From the NCBI RefSeq assembly GCF_009914755.1, contig NC_060934.1: 64,000 bases of DNA. One strand, written 5' to 3'. This DNA is from the human T2T-CHM13v2.0 reference genome, Homo sapiens. This document shows positions 13,895 through 29,929 of the stretch, in pieces (position 1 is the first letter of the stretch; the number at the start of each line of letters is the position of its first letter). The notes beneath the pieces are model-generated. The model did no database searches. It saw only the letters and a program-made list of their open reading frames with translations, and was not told the origin of the DNA. Made by a program: the position numbers and the translations under genes.

Positions 13895-14210
13895 ATACCC
13901 CCAACTTCTTAGCTAGGGAGTATAGGTGAGAAGACATGAGAAGATGTTGAAAATCTCTTACAAACACATAGGTTTACAAAACACAAGCCTAAAACCAAGA
14001 TGCTCAGGCAGTGCTGAAATTTGCTCTTGGGAGGAAATCCCAGTTTCATGATGTTTGAAAACATTCTTTCTCTTGCTGGATCATGTGTCATCAGATAGAG
14101 AAGGGCCAGAATTGTAGTATAAAAGGTTCTTTAGGGATGAGATTATGGACGCAAATTTTTTCTTCAAGGGAAGAGTATTTTTTCTTACTACTAGTTTTCT
14201 TCAGGTTTGT

Positions 14211-14793
14211 TTATTATTATTTTTTTAGACAAGGTCTCACTCTGTTGCTGAGGCTGGAGTTGCAGTGGCATGATTACTGCTTACTGCATCCTCGAGCTCC
14301 TGGGCTCAAGTGATCCTCCCACCTCAGCCTCCAGAATAGCTGGGACCACAGGCATGCGCCACCATGCCTCGCTAACATTTTTTAAAATTTTTTTTGTAAT
14401 CTCAGCACTTTGGGAGGCCAAGGCAGATGGATCACCTGAGGTCAGGAGTTCGAGGCCAGGCTGGCCAACATGGTGAAACCCGTTTCTACTAAAAATACAA
14501 AAAAAATAGCTGGGTGTGGTGTTGTGCATCTGTAAGCCCAGCTATCCCAGAGGCTGAAGCAGGAGAATCACTTGAACCCGGAGGCGGAGGTTGCAGTGAG
14601 CCGAGGTCGTGCCATTGCACTCCAGCCTGGGCAACAAGAGGGAAACTCTGTCTCCAGGAAAAAAAAAAAAAAAAAGTAGAGACAAAGTCTCCTTATGTTG
14701 CCCAGCCTGGTCTTGAACTCCTGGGCTCAAGTAATCCTCCTGCCTCAACCTCCCAAACTGCTGGGATTACAGATATGAACCACTGTGCCCTGG
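14211..14793 (-). mobile_element. AluJ split by an inverted Alu
   Basis: Right arm 14211-14394, left arm 14676-14793. Confidence 0.88.
14395..14675 (+). mobile_element. 5'-truncated AluS nested in the AluJ linker
   Basis: tgtaatctcagcactttgg... to poly-A at 14675. Confidence 0.92.
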
Positions 14794-16056
14794 AGTTTAT
14801 TCATTCAGTTTTGACCTGTCAAACTTCTCTACTTCCAACAAGTTCAGCTTATCACTTATCTTGACTAAAAGAAAGCCTGAAGGCTTGAAGTTTCGGGAAA
14901 GGCCATCCGCTGGGCTGAGACTCTGTCTGACTCTGGACAATGTTTAATTTTTGATCATCTATTCATAATTAAGAGGAAGACATTGTAAAGCTGATTGGAA
15001 GCTCCAAATGCAGTGGCAAAGCTTCTTGACAGGTCATCTTGTATAGGGTAATTGGGGAGGGACTGAAGAACTGGTAGGAGTGGGCACCATTATCTTTTAA
15101 TCTGGCCAATGCCCCAGAGAGGACTCCCCCAGTCTCCTGTCTTGCTCTATTGGACCGCTCACAGGCTTTTGGCAGTTGTCCAAGAAAAGGTGGCTAGAGT
15201 TTCATCACTTAGGATGGAGATCTTATAATTATTTAATCCTCCTATGTTCAGTATGTCACTCGCCTTTACTCTCAGCTATCCTTCTGATTGTCTGAAATCT
15301 CCTGGTCATCCTCTCCAGAGAATAAACCTTTGGTCTTCTGGAAGTGAGGGGAGAGAGAAAGTGGATTCTGATAAGTCCAATGTCCAGTCAGTGCTGTTTT
15401 CAGCCCCAGCCATACTTCATCCTTCAGAGGTGCCTGTTACCTCCAGTTCCACCTCCTTGCCAGGGCCCTGCAGCTGCAATCAGCTTTCTACTCCTTAGCC
15501 GTCCTGCCCGCCTCTTGCAGGTACTCTTATTCTAACACTTTCTACTCTGCTAGTTAATTAGTGCTTGTTCATTGTGTTCTATATTCTATGTTTCCACATA
15601 CTCTCATCTGGTTTCCTGTTCTTAGTATTTGTGGGTTTATACTTTTTCTAAAAACATATTTTCAGGAGGAAGCATTAGTTCAGTTGACCATGTTTTGTTC
15701 CCAGTAGTTTTCAGTAAACATACTACAAAAAAGAAAAAATATTTCTCATCTTGCCTTAGTTCATAAATGCCTTACAGATTGAGAGAATTCCCCTAACTAG
15801 CCTTTGAAGAAGAAAGAAGAAACATGAACATGTTTACGTCCCATCAGCCTGAAGATAGTTTATTTCAAAAAAATATTAAACATGTTTTAAAAATATGTCT
15901 TATTGTGAACATTATATGGGAGGTAGGAGAGAAATATACACATATGTCTATAATGCGTATGTTCTTAAACCTACAAGATAGACTACTGGAGAATCCAGAG
16001 AATAGGTGGCAGGTGTGAAACTAGAGGGCTACTTATGGGGAAAAAAAAAATGTGTT

Positions 16057-16377
<321 letters not shown>

Positions 16378-16750
16378 TTATGAAAAACGCAAGCACAAAA
16401 TATGTCACACATTCTTATTAAAATATTTTAGGCTGAAATTATTTTCACAATGTACATTTTCATGCTTCTTGCTTTAAAAAATTGTCAACTCTTTGCTTAT
16501 AAGCATGTACCTTTCAAGTATAGTTAGAAAACTGGCTGAATATGTCTAATTTCTAGCCGCATGCGTTTGTTTATTGTTCAAATACGCATTAGCTTAGATT
16601 GCGTTTTTCTACCTGTGATAAATAAAAAGAGTGCAGAAGCCCGCTGGACCTCTGTTAGGCTTCTCTTCCCTGTTGACATATACTTATGACTGGGTAGGTA
16701 ACAATCACACACATTGGTACTGTCGTTCTTCCACTCACCTCTAATGTTAA

Positions 16751-17165
<415 letters not shown>

Positions 17166-17259
17166 TCTTTAAGCATGTAGAAATATATTTGAGCAGTCAT
17201 GACCTTACAATACATACAGCACTGATGACTACACTATCAGCAAAATCCTTACTCTCGAA

Positions 17260-17682
17260 GTTCTTGCTGCAAAACAAACAGATCTCAGCCTAGTGGCATT
17301 AAGTCACCATTTTATTTAGGTTACACTTCTCTGCCACACATCCCTGGCCAGCTTTCTGGTTAGTTGGTGACCAGGTGACCTGGGATGGCTTGTCACATGT
17401 GTCTGGAGGCTGATAGCTGTCAGCATGTGTGTCTCGTTCTCTTCCATATGGTTGTTTATCCTCCAACAGGCTGGCTAGGGTTCGCATGCTGGTCCCAGGG
17501 CTGCTTCATGAGAGAGCAAGCTCCAAGGGGGTGATAATCATATCTCTACTTATGTCATGTTTGCTAATGTCCCATTGGCCAAAGCAAGTCACCGGCCTAA
17601 GCCTGGAGTCAAATGGGAATTACCAAGGGTGTGGATTCAGGTGGGATATGTTGCAACCACTTTCTGCAAACAACCTGCCACA
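17260..17682 (-). mobile_element. MLT1-family MaLR LTR
   Basis: tcccattggccaaagcaagtcac...ctgccaca motifs. Confidence 0.6.
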
Positions 17683-17749
17683 TTCATCTTTTTTCTTCCT
17701 TACCCCTTTGGAAGAAGAAATATCTGCATGCCTTGTGAAATAAACAACG

Positions 17750-18120
17750 CTGTCCTCCCTTCTGTCCTATTTTTTTCCCTTCTTTCTACTGCCAACCTTA
17801 TCACCCCAGGCTTTATTCTCCTGCTTCAATTTCTTCCCTACTTACTCTTTAACACCGTGAAACTGATTTCTGTCTCCATCTCTTTACTGAGGGTCTCTAG
17901 TGACTTCCTAATCACAAAGCCACTGACCTTTTATTAAACCTCCCCTTGACATCTCTGCAAACTTCAATTTGTTTTTCTTCTCTGCTAAGTCACTTTTGTC
18001 TTGCAGGTGCTGGTACACACAAAGTCTACTTCTACTACCACTCTGGTGGTTCCTGTTCAGTCTCTTCTGTTTCGACTTTTAGTTCCCTCACCTGAAATGT
18101 GGAAGTCCATTCAACCAAAT
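17750..18120 (+). mobile_element. L2 fragment
   Basis: agtgacttccta...ccttgacatctctgca motifs. Confidence 0.45.
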
Positions 18121-18329
18121 GCTCAGGCCTTGGCCTCCTGATGTTTGTTGCTTTAGGCATGTCATTGGTTTCCAGACTGAGCTCTGTAGAGCCCCAAGAG
18201 ATCCATGGATTCTTCTGGAGTCACTGCAGAGGCTTAGGGATGCCCAGCAGGCTGTGGTCTGTGGGTTGTACCCAGGATTCAGCCAGAACAATGCTACCTT
18301 CACATGTTTTATTTTATTGTGTTGTATTT

Positions 18330-18675
<346 letters not shown>

Positions 18676-19049
18676 TGAAGGGTTTCACCTCAGGAGCGAG
18701 CTTTAAACCACTGCCATCTTCCCTTCTATTCTCTCATACTTCTCCAGGCTTCAGCCGTCACTTATAGTTAGTGTCTTTGGTCTTCGCCTCTCTCCCTAGT
18801 GCTTGGATCTCAGGTCCTCTTTTTGGATCTCTGTCGGTTCTGCCACCCACTTAAAATTGAGCTCCCAGTCTTTTCCTTTAAACCCTTTCTTCTCTGCATT
18901 TTCCATTTCCATTCTCATTACCTCCATCCTTCCAAATCTGAAACCTTCGTCGAAGGGTCAACAAATCTTTTCCTGGGAATTATCAGAAGGGAAATATTGC
19001 AGGGGCAGGGGTCATGCATTCTCTATGCAACTGCTCAGAAACCTGGATT

Positions 19050-19200
19050 TGGATTCCATCTCTGCCATGGAATGGCTGCCTGACTTTTTGATAAATTACA
19101 GGTGAAGCTAAGTTTTGCCATTTGTAAAAGGACACTAACCTCTGTTTGACAGGATTCCAGTGATAATTGAATAAGCTGTTACGTATAAAGCACAAGGTTC
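19050..19200 (+). mobile_element. MIR fragment
   Basis: Degenerate MIR core (aagttttgccatttgtaaaa). Confidence 0.4.
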
Positions 19201-19842
19201 CTGGACCTGTCTTTCCCTACTCTAGCCCTTGTGATGGGCACAGGCAACTGGGACACACAGCACCTGCCGTGGAGCAGTTCAGGGTGTTGTGAGGAATCTG
19301 AATGGAAAGTAATGAAACAAGTGTCTTTGCCTCCTCTGTAGTTATGTGCGGTCTTACACTATTTTACATGGTCACTATCAGCTTAGTTGTTTGTCACTTG
19401 TTGGTGACTGCTGTAAGGTAGATTTGAGATGTCCAGGGACTGCAGAGCTGCCTGGGATATGACTGGCATTGACACACTTGCTTGATCTCACAGCAGTTGC
19501 CATGGCAGGTCAGGTTGCATCCCCATCCATCCCAGTGACGAAGGCATGGGCCTTGTCTCCTGTACTCTAACTTTGAGATGTGCTTTCTGCCTCTTAGTCA
19601 CATGGGTGCAGATCTCTGCCTGAGTTATCAAGAGCAATTGAACTCTCTCTTGCTCCTCTCACAGGCTCTTTTCTGAGTAACACCAAGTACTTGGGAACAA
19701 AATTACACATTGCTCTCTGTTTATTTATGGTTATATTTATCTTGGCAATCGACCTGTTAAGCTAGTTTTAACTTTCTTATGGGTAACAGTCACATGTTTT
19801 AAAAGGAACCTGATGGTTCCAGAATCCTTGTTACTACTACCT

Positions 19843-20052
19843 TTTTTTTTTTGGAGACAGAATCTCTGTCACCCAGGCTGGAGCGCAGTGGCACAATCTC
19901 GGCTCACTGCAACCTCTGACTCCCGAGTTCAAGCAATTCTCCTGCCTCAGCCTCCCAAGTTGCTAGGATTACAGGTGTGCACCACCACAGCCTGCTAATT
20001 TTTGTATTTTTAGCAAAAATGGGGTTTCACCAGGTTGGCCAGGCTGCTCTCA
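19843..20052 (-). mobile_element. Alu, 5'-truncated
   Basis: Ends after gccaggctg. Confidence 0.9.
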
Positions 20053-20529
20053 TAGACTTCTGGCTATTTTAAAACCATAAATAGATTAAGGAAGGATTAT
20101 TATAAATTGCAGTTCAAGCTTTTTTTTTTTATCTTAGAGCACTATAACTGAATGTCTTTGTTGTATCATTGTAAACACAGCAATAAATATGCAGTTCTTC
20201 CCTCCCTTTTTCTCCACCAGATGTTAACAGGGAACGACATGAAGACTTTTACGCAGAGCTTAAAACAGTCAACCCTCTCTGTTCTTACAAGTTTTTGCCC
20301 CATCAATGGCTAAATAAAAGATGTTGAAAACTGTGGAAAAAAGTAGAATGTATTTAATTAGCAAACATTTGATGAGTGGTATCATGCTATCGAGTTGGAA
20401 TTTAAGGAAGGGAAATTGAAGATGTGTTAGATGTGGTGGTTTCTTCCTCAAGAAGCTCATGGTCTAATGGTCATGCTAAAAATGTGTATCACTGAGTAAT
20501 GTGGTAGCTATCAGACTTAAAGCACTGTA

Positions 20530-20845
20530 GGCTTGGCATGGTGGCTCATGCCTGTAATCTCAGCACTTCGAGAGGCTGAGGTGGGAGAAAAGCTTTAGGC
20601 CAGGAGTTTGAGATCAGCTTGGGCAACACAGTGAGATCTCATCTCTACAAAAAATAAGCAAAAATAGTTAGGTATGGTGGTACATGCCTGCAGTTCCAGC
20701 TACTCAGAAGGCTGAGGCAGGAGGATTGCTTGAGCCTAGGAGTTAGAAGCCACAATAAGCTATAACTGCACCAATATACTCCAGCCTGCATGACACAGAA
20801 AGACCTTGTCTCTTAAAAAAAAAAAACAAAGAAAAGAAAAAAAAA
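20530..20845 (+). mobile_element. AluJ
   Basis: Diverged dimer. Confidence 0.9.
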
Positions 20846-21119
20846 GCATTATGAGCCAAATGGCAAATGGGTGGACCCCAACACTGCTGGAGAAGGCAGT
20901 GCTGATGACCAGAGAAGGGCACTTTAAATTATATAAGCCCCCACTGTTAGTGACTGACCCTCTGGAGGCAGAGCCTACGTTAACCAGCAATGTGATTCTC
21001 TCTAAGGTTAGCAAGATGATTGCTAACTATGGGGTCCAACAACGCCTGTCATTTTAGATTATTTTCATTTTAAATCTCAATTCGCAATTTACTTAATGGC
21101 CCAAGCATTTTTTCATCCT

Positions 21120-22021
<902 letters not shown>

Positions 22022-22184
22022 TTTTCTTTAAATCTTCAACTTTTTTTCAATGAGCCTGTCAAGGTGGACTGTCAGCAAGCAGGAACTATAGCGTATGTTT
22101 CACAGCGGCTCAGTGTTTAACTTCCCGTTGTATTGTTTTGCTTGGTCTTTAACAAGTACTAAGTAGGGAAGTGGAAGCAGATAT

Positions 22185-22295
22185 AGTTACCCCATTTTAT
22201 GGATGAGCAAACTGATGGTGGATACTGAAGGATCTTGCCCAAGCTCACTGAGCTCATAAGGGGCAGAATTAGGGCAAGGACCCAGGCTTCTGCCT
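22185..22295 (-). mobile_element. MIR fragment
   Basis: cccattttatggatgagcaaactga; cttgcccaag. Confidence 0.7.
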
Positions 22296-22699
22296 CATTT
22301 TTTTTTTTTTAATGTTCTTTCACCTCATCAAGGAGCTGCTTTTAGAAAGACACAGGCTTATGAAAGCAGAAAGTGCATTAAAAAAAAAAAGACACCAGCT
22401 GAGAATGCATTAATGTTTCCTCTTTGTTTCATGCTCTAGAGAGATTAAGGAAATAAAAGCTTTTTTTTTTCTCTTTAACTATAAAAGCAAAAATAAAGCA
22501 GGGCAGCTATTAAGACGATTTTAAAAGTATAAACATCTTCGTGCAATTTTTTTTGCTGTTGAGTCTGGATAGAGTTTACAAGCAAAAAACTCACCTTTTG
22601 TCCTGCTTTTTAAAGTTTAGTTTATTGTCATTACACCATTGATGTGAAACAAGTCAATTTTTACACTTCAACATTATTTAAACAAAAATCTTGAGCTAA

Positions 22700-22990
<291 letters not shown>

Positions 22991-23370
22991 TGAATTTAAT
23001 ATGTTGTTAGTTAAAGGAAGACCTTCCAGGATGTCTGTGTATATCCTTTTCATGGTTAAATGGAGATACAAATGGAACGTACTTAATACTATTTGAATAT
23101 GCCTTTTCCTGTAGAGAAATGGAAAAATAATCAAATATCTAGGAAATAGATTGTATGAAGAATGCTGAAGAAACAAAATTTAAATAGAGCAAGGAAGAGA
23201 AAATTGAAGTTAAAATGAAACGATTTAAAAAAAGATTTTATTAAGTGTTGCCTATTCGTAAGGGGAAAAAAACGAAAGGAACAAACTAAAAATTACAGCA
23301 GCCAAAAATATAAAGTTAGATGTAACAATTGACTAGAGAAACATGAAGACGAGTTATAAAGGAAGATTAG

Positions 23371-23667
<297 letters not shown>

Positions 23668-23777
23668 ACTAAACTCCATTTTTAAGGAAGGAAAATGAAT
23701 CGCACAATCTGCTGTCAGTTGTTTATTCTGATTTCCTACTAAAAATTATTTCAATTGATATTTGCGGGATTAACACA

Positions 23778-24100
23778 TGTTAAAGCAAACTAAATATGGC
23801 CTGAGAAGGCCTCCTTACTTCTACATTTGAGTCCTCGTGGATGAACTGTAATCTAGCTTAATAGGCAGATAAGATTGAAAACCTAACTTGGAAGTATGTG
23901 CCTGTAACAGTAACTGAGTCTTGGCCAATCCCAGCGGCCGTACTTCAACCACTCACAGACTGCTAAGTGTTCAAACTGTGTTCAAATAAGACAAACGCCA
24001 ATATGTAGCCAGTCCAGCTATTTCTGTACCTCACTGCCGATTTCTGTATGTCACTTCCCTTTTTTTTGGTCTATAAATGTGTTCTGACCACAGGGCATCA
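23778..24100 (+). mobile_element. MER57-family ERV1 LTR, 3'-truncated
   Basis: tgttaaagcaaactaaatatggcctgagaagg start recognised as MER57; CCAAT and TATA retained. Confidence 0.75.
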
Positions 24101-24940
24101 GGGCGTCAGTTCTTGAATATTTGACACCAGTATCATGGTCTCATCCTGCCCTCCCTAGACTGGACAGGAAGTGAATTCAACAGGAAGTAGGCAAAAATGT
24201 ACAGTCTAATCTTCTCGTCTTTGGCTTTCTCGTTTCATTCCCTGGATTTTTAAACAACCAACTATCCCTTTGTCTTCTTAGAGGAACTGTAATCATCCCT
24301 GAATGAAATATTTATTGGATCAGTTGTAAGCTTACATTTGAGTCAACCTACATTCCTTACAGTTGAGGGTTAAGTTTCAAGATCCTTTATGAGGCAACTC
24401 AGTGACACGCATCCCCAGGCAGAATTAAAGGAGATCTTTGGCTGTGACAATCTAAAGCTCTTTGGCTATGACAGAACAAGGAAAGTTACCGTGGTTGAAC
24501 TAGATGGGAAGAACTACTTGCTTCTCCTCTGAGCGTACTGTGACTTGCTTAATTCTATGAGTTTAAGTAGCCTGAGGATTCAATAGGTCACATAATGGAT
24601 ATGCAAAATGGAGTATAGAAACCCTTTAATAAGTAAAAATCTCCAGGTGCTGTATTCAGCATACTTGCATGGATCCCTGACACTGTGGTGTATGTTAGGC
24701 TAAGACATAGAAAATGCAATAGTAACTGTATTATAATGTCCACAACCATTCTCTTCAACTCTTTACTTTAAAATGAGAGAGAGAGAAGGTGACACGGAGC
24801 CCTAGTCACACAGCTATGATTGGACTAAGGTTATGAACTAGTGTCCATTTTACCACATGGTCCATCTACTGAATTGGAGTTTCAGGGGTGGTAGTTGAGT
24901 CAGGACCCTCTTATTCAAATGATCAAAAGTCCAATAAAGG

Positions 24941-25490
24941 TGTACCTGGAAAAGGGGTCTTGTCCAGACCCCAAGAGCGGGTTCTTGAATGTCACATGGG
25001 AAAGAATTCAGGGAAAGTCACAGAATATATTTAAAACAATTTATTAGCAACTGCTGTATTACAGAGTAGAGCATCCTCAGAAAGAAAGGGGAGGAATGTC
25101 CCTATCTTAAATGGAATGCTGGCTTATATGGGTTATTAAGGTTAAGAATAGTGTACTTTATTACAAAAGCTTGTGATCAGCTGTGACAGGCTATTAGTAT
25201 TGTTATTTTCCTATGTTAATATTGATTTCAGCAAGAATTTAGGAATGCACTACTATCTCTAAAGCAAAACTTCTTATTAAACTAAGAATGTTTTTTCTGT
25301 TTAAAATATCAGGACATTTCTATAAGTTCTAGGTTTTTATTTAGTTAGTTAGCATCATTAACTCGTTCCCTCAACTGTAAGTATCTTATGACCAGGCGTG
25401 CCCAACCCCCTGGGAATGTAACCCAGCCAGTTTGGCCTTATCTGGCCTTTGTTCAAGATGGAGTCACTCTGGTTAGGATGCCTGTGACCA
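24941..25490 (-). mobile_element. MER41-family ERV1 solo LTR (older subfamily)
   Basis: aaaggggtc...ccagaccccaagag and caagatggagtcactctgg..tgcctgtgac ends; 4-bp TSD aagg. Confidence 0.75.
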
Positions 25491-25604
25491 AAGGACATAG
25501 CCAAAACTTGAATGTTTCATCTCAGCCTAATACACTGATGAATGTATACTCCAGCATTAATCTTTTGTTATGAAACCAAGATCTATTCTTTAAGTAGAAG
25601 TCTG

Positions 25605-25658
25605 TGTATTAGTCTGGGTTCTCCAGATAAACAGACCTAATAGGAGATAAACACACAT

Positions 25659-25695
<37 letters not shown>

Positions 25696-26088
25696 AGTAT
25701 ATGGAGATTTATTATAAGAAATTGGTGCACATGATTATGGAAGCTAAGAAATCCCATGATCTGATCTGCCAACTGTAACTGGGGACCCAGGAAGGCTGAT
25801 GGTATAATTCCAGCTCCAAGAGCAGAGAAAAGATCGATGGATGTCTCACCACAAGCAGGCAGGCAGAAAGAAAAATGAGTGAATTCCTCCTTCTTCTACC
25901 TTGTATTCTATTCAAGCCCCCAACAGATTGGATCAAGCTCATCCACATTGGAGAAGGCAGTCAACTTACTCAGTCCACCAATTCAAATGCTTATCTCACC
26001 CCAAACACCCTCACAGACATACCCAGAAATATTGTTTAAATTTGCACCCTGTGGTGCAATCAAGTTGACCATAAAATTAGCCATCACA
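25605..26088 (-). mobile_element. MLT2-family ERVL solo LTR containing (CA)n(GA)n 25651-25696
   Basis: tgtattagtc.gggttctccaga start; tcaagttgac.ataaaatta.ccatcaca end. Confidence 0.85.
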
Positions 26089-26625
26089 GTCAGCTAATTG
26101 AAGTTATTACTCTACTTATATGACCATCTTCAGTCTAGAATTTAGTTAAACATTCGAGTTGGACCATTATCTGTAGGAATTTGGGTTCCAGGAAATACAA
26201 GAAGAACTGAAAATAATTTTTTCAAAAAATTTAAACCATAGTCATGTTTATGCCTGAAAATAATACTTTAAATTTTTTCCTAAATATTCTAGAAATTAAA
26301 GTTTACCAAACATGAACCATTTGTTATTAATATTATACTTTTGATGAATGACTTGATAAAATACAAAAGAAGGAAATGTATTTTTTAGGAGAGGAATTTG
26401 AATAATTTTTCCCCAAAAAATTCATATGTATGTAAAATATCTTCATCTTAGTAAAGGTCCATTAGCCCTTGTTAACTCTGGTCCAAGAAAATCTATCAAT
26501 TCAAGTTAGAAAAACAGGTACTCAATAATCTTAGCCCTTGACATTTTTCTTTAAATTTCTCTGAAATACATATTTTTTTTTCTGTTTCCTTGGCTGAAAA
26601 ATGTTCATTGTAATATTACCAGTGT

Positions 26626-27003
<378 letters not shown>

Positions 27004-28046
27004 TGAATATATGATATGAATCTGTGAGCCTTCTCCAAAAAATAGCTTATATCTAAACAGCTTGGCTTATATTTCCAGGGTCTCCACAGGCCTCTGAAAC
27101 AAACCTATATACCCTAAGGGTATACAAAGTACAAGAATCTCTTGCTAATAAGCCCAGCCTTTTTCCTTTTAGAGTGGCTGATGCTTGAAGAACTATGGAA
27201 CGTTGGGGTGTATTCCTTTGCTCTCAGATACTTGAGGAGATCACCACATAAATTCTTAGAGTTCTGGGTTTAGCTGTAGTGTTTAGTCTAGTGTCGAAGC
27301 AGAGGTTGGGCAAATATACACTACTGTAAATACTTTCTTGTGCTATAGCTGTTAAGCATGTTCTAGTTTAAACAGTTGTCAGTGATTAGCGATTTTGATG
27401 TTCCGTTTTAAGATTTTGTAATGGTCTAGACGAACATGAACAAAACCAAAAGACCGTTTCAAGTTCAGCAGATAGTAGGAGCTAATCTTTTCTGTGGTTT
27501 GGTTTGGTCGCCTGCCTTAGGTTGGTTTACTAGTCTGTGACTTTCTGAGTTGCTTTATCTTGTGCTAACTTCTATCAGATACAATCTCCATATTGATTCC
27601 TGTTTATTCTTGCCTGGATGATCTATTCCATTTAGATAGCTAGAACATTCAGTAGCTCTCTTGAGGGAATCCCACCTGTGGGTTGCAGAAGGGTAACCTA
27701 CAGATGCCCGATTGTCCTTTTTCCCTGGATTAAAAAGAAACCATTTGCCATTTTTCTGGCTTCTTAGAAAAATAAATGATATATGAAATGTTTGCAGCAG
27801 CAGAACTTTTTCCTGCCCAAAGGTTTAAGATTCCATGGACACATCTCCTGGTCTAGCATGCTATTGCTCTTTCTCATCAACTTTCCATCTCTCCTCACTC
27901 GTCACCTCCCACCCCAAATAACTTGTTTGTGTATTCCTCTTACAGCCTTTTTCACAGCATATTGGGTTATTTGTTTCTCTTGCCAAACATGTACAATTTG
28001 GCGTACCTGGGACTGAGGAATGGCCTGTTGACACTTCAAAAAAAAT

Positions 28047-28353
<307 letters not shown>

Positions 28354-29486
28354 TAATTTCTTTGTAGAGGCATAATAAATATGTGTGGACTGAATGAATC
28401 ACATGATCTGAGTGATAGGAAGTGTGTGAATGGAATCCTAAACGTTTGGAGGTCATCATATTTTGCCATCTTTATCCTTTATCTTACCTGTTTTACCTGT
28501 TTTATGGGGTTATGTCTTGTCTCTACAATTACATGTGACCTCAGTGAGGAATCAGGATTGTCAATTATGTCTCCATTCCCAGTGTAGTGAGTGATATGTA
28601 GAATGACTTTTGGTTGCATTATGACACTCTTTAGTGAAAAGTAATGATTAAATAGTTTGGGGTGGAGATAACATGAAGAGATCTTTTTAGAAACTTTCTG
28701 TTTGGTGCAGTAGGTTACCAAGGCATGGGCCGGAGGAAGATATAGTAGGAGGTGGTCTCTGCCAGGAGAAAGAACTCCCCCTGTAGGAAGCCAAGTTCCT
28801 GACTAGCAGTTGCCAAGGCTTTCTGTGTCCTGCCATAAGCAACGGTCCCTTCAAGCCCAGTTCCTGCAAAGCTGTTCTGTTACATAAAGATGAAATTATA
28901 AATACACTGGGGTATCTTTCAAGTAAAATTAACTCTATATATTAAAATTCACCTTATATGTATTCCACAAGCAAATGTCCTGAATTCTTGGTCCATGTGA
29001 AGTTTGATTATTGCAATTTTGGGAATAATTAGGGAAGAGAATATATAGTAACATAAAGGACTCAAGCATAAGACATACAAATGTCTAATATTCCCCCCTC
29101 CATGTGCAGACTATTGGATTATTCCATTTGCTTTTGTAATATGGGAATACAGCTGAAGAATAAAATGCAATGACATGACCTCATGATTACTGGAAAGAGT
29201 TTTTTCTCTTATTTACTGATAAATCTGCTATAATTTGAGATCAATATGTAATAACATTTTTCTGCAGGTGTTGACTACAAATATATCCCTATATAATAAA
29301 AATTTATTGAAAATAGGATGTCATCTTGTCTTCTCAATTTTTTTTGAAAAATTAAATAATATATAAGAGTATTTATTATAGTGGGATAAAAAGAAAAAAA
29401 ACTCATGTACCCACCTCCACAATTACAGATACAGAGTGTCACTAATAGCTTTGAAAGCTTTCATGTTATCCTTCCCCAGGCTACCC

Positions 29487-29929
29487 TGATTCAGAGCAGA
29501 GATGCCCCAAAGTGGAGCTTAGCCCACTGAGTTCTTGGATTTGCCCAGGAAAGAATTCAAGGGCAAGCCAGAGGGAGAGGAAAACAGCTTTACTGAAGAA
29601 GTGTTACAGCTCCTCTACTGCCCCTGCAGAGCAAGGCTACCCTGTAGGCAGAGAGTAACAGCTGAGGGGAGTTTTGCAGTCGTATTCATACGCACTTTCA
29701 ATTGCATGCAGATTAAGGGGCTATTCGTGCAGAAATCTCTAAGGGAGAAGTAGTAATCATTGGGTCATTGCCACGGAAAGGTGTGGTAACGCCTGGGTGT
29801 TGCCATGGCAATGGTAAATTGACATGGCACACTGGTGGGCGTGTCTGTTTGAAAGCTGCTTTCCCCTGGGCCCTGTTTTAACTAGTCCTCAGTCTGGTCG
29901 GGTGTCCGAGACCCCCACCTCCTACCTCA
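29487..29929 (-). mobile_element. MER4-group ERV1 solo LTR (MER66-like)
   Basis: tga...cctacctca termini; 4-bp TSD accc; caggaaagaattcaagggc motif. Confidence 0.75.

Noticed and set aside
20196-20230. Strong pyrimidine tract and acceptor at 20220
   Set aside because: No convincing donor seen within exon distance
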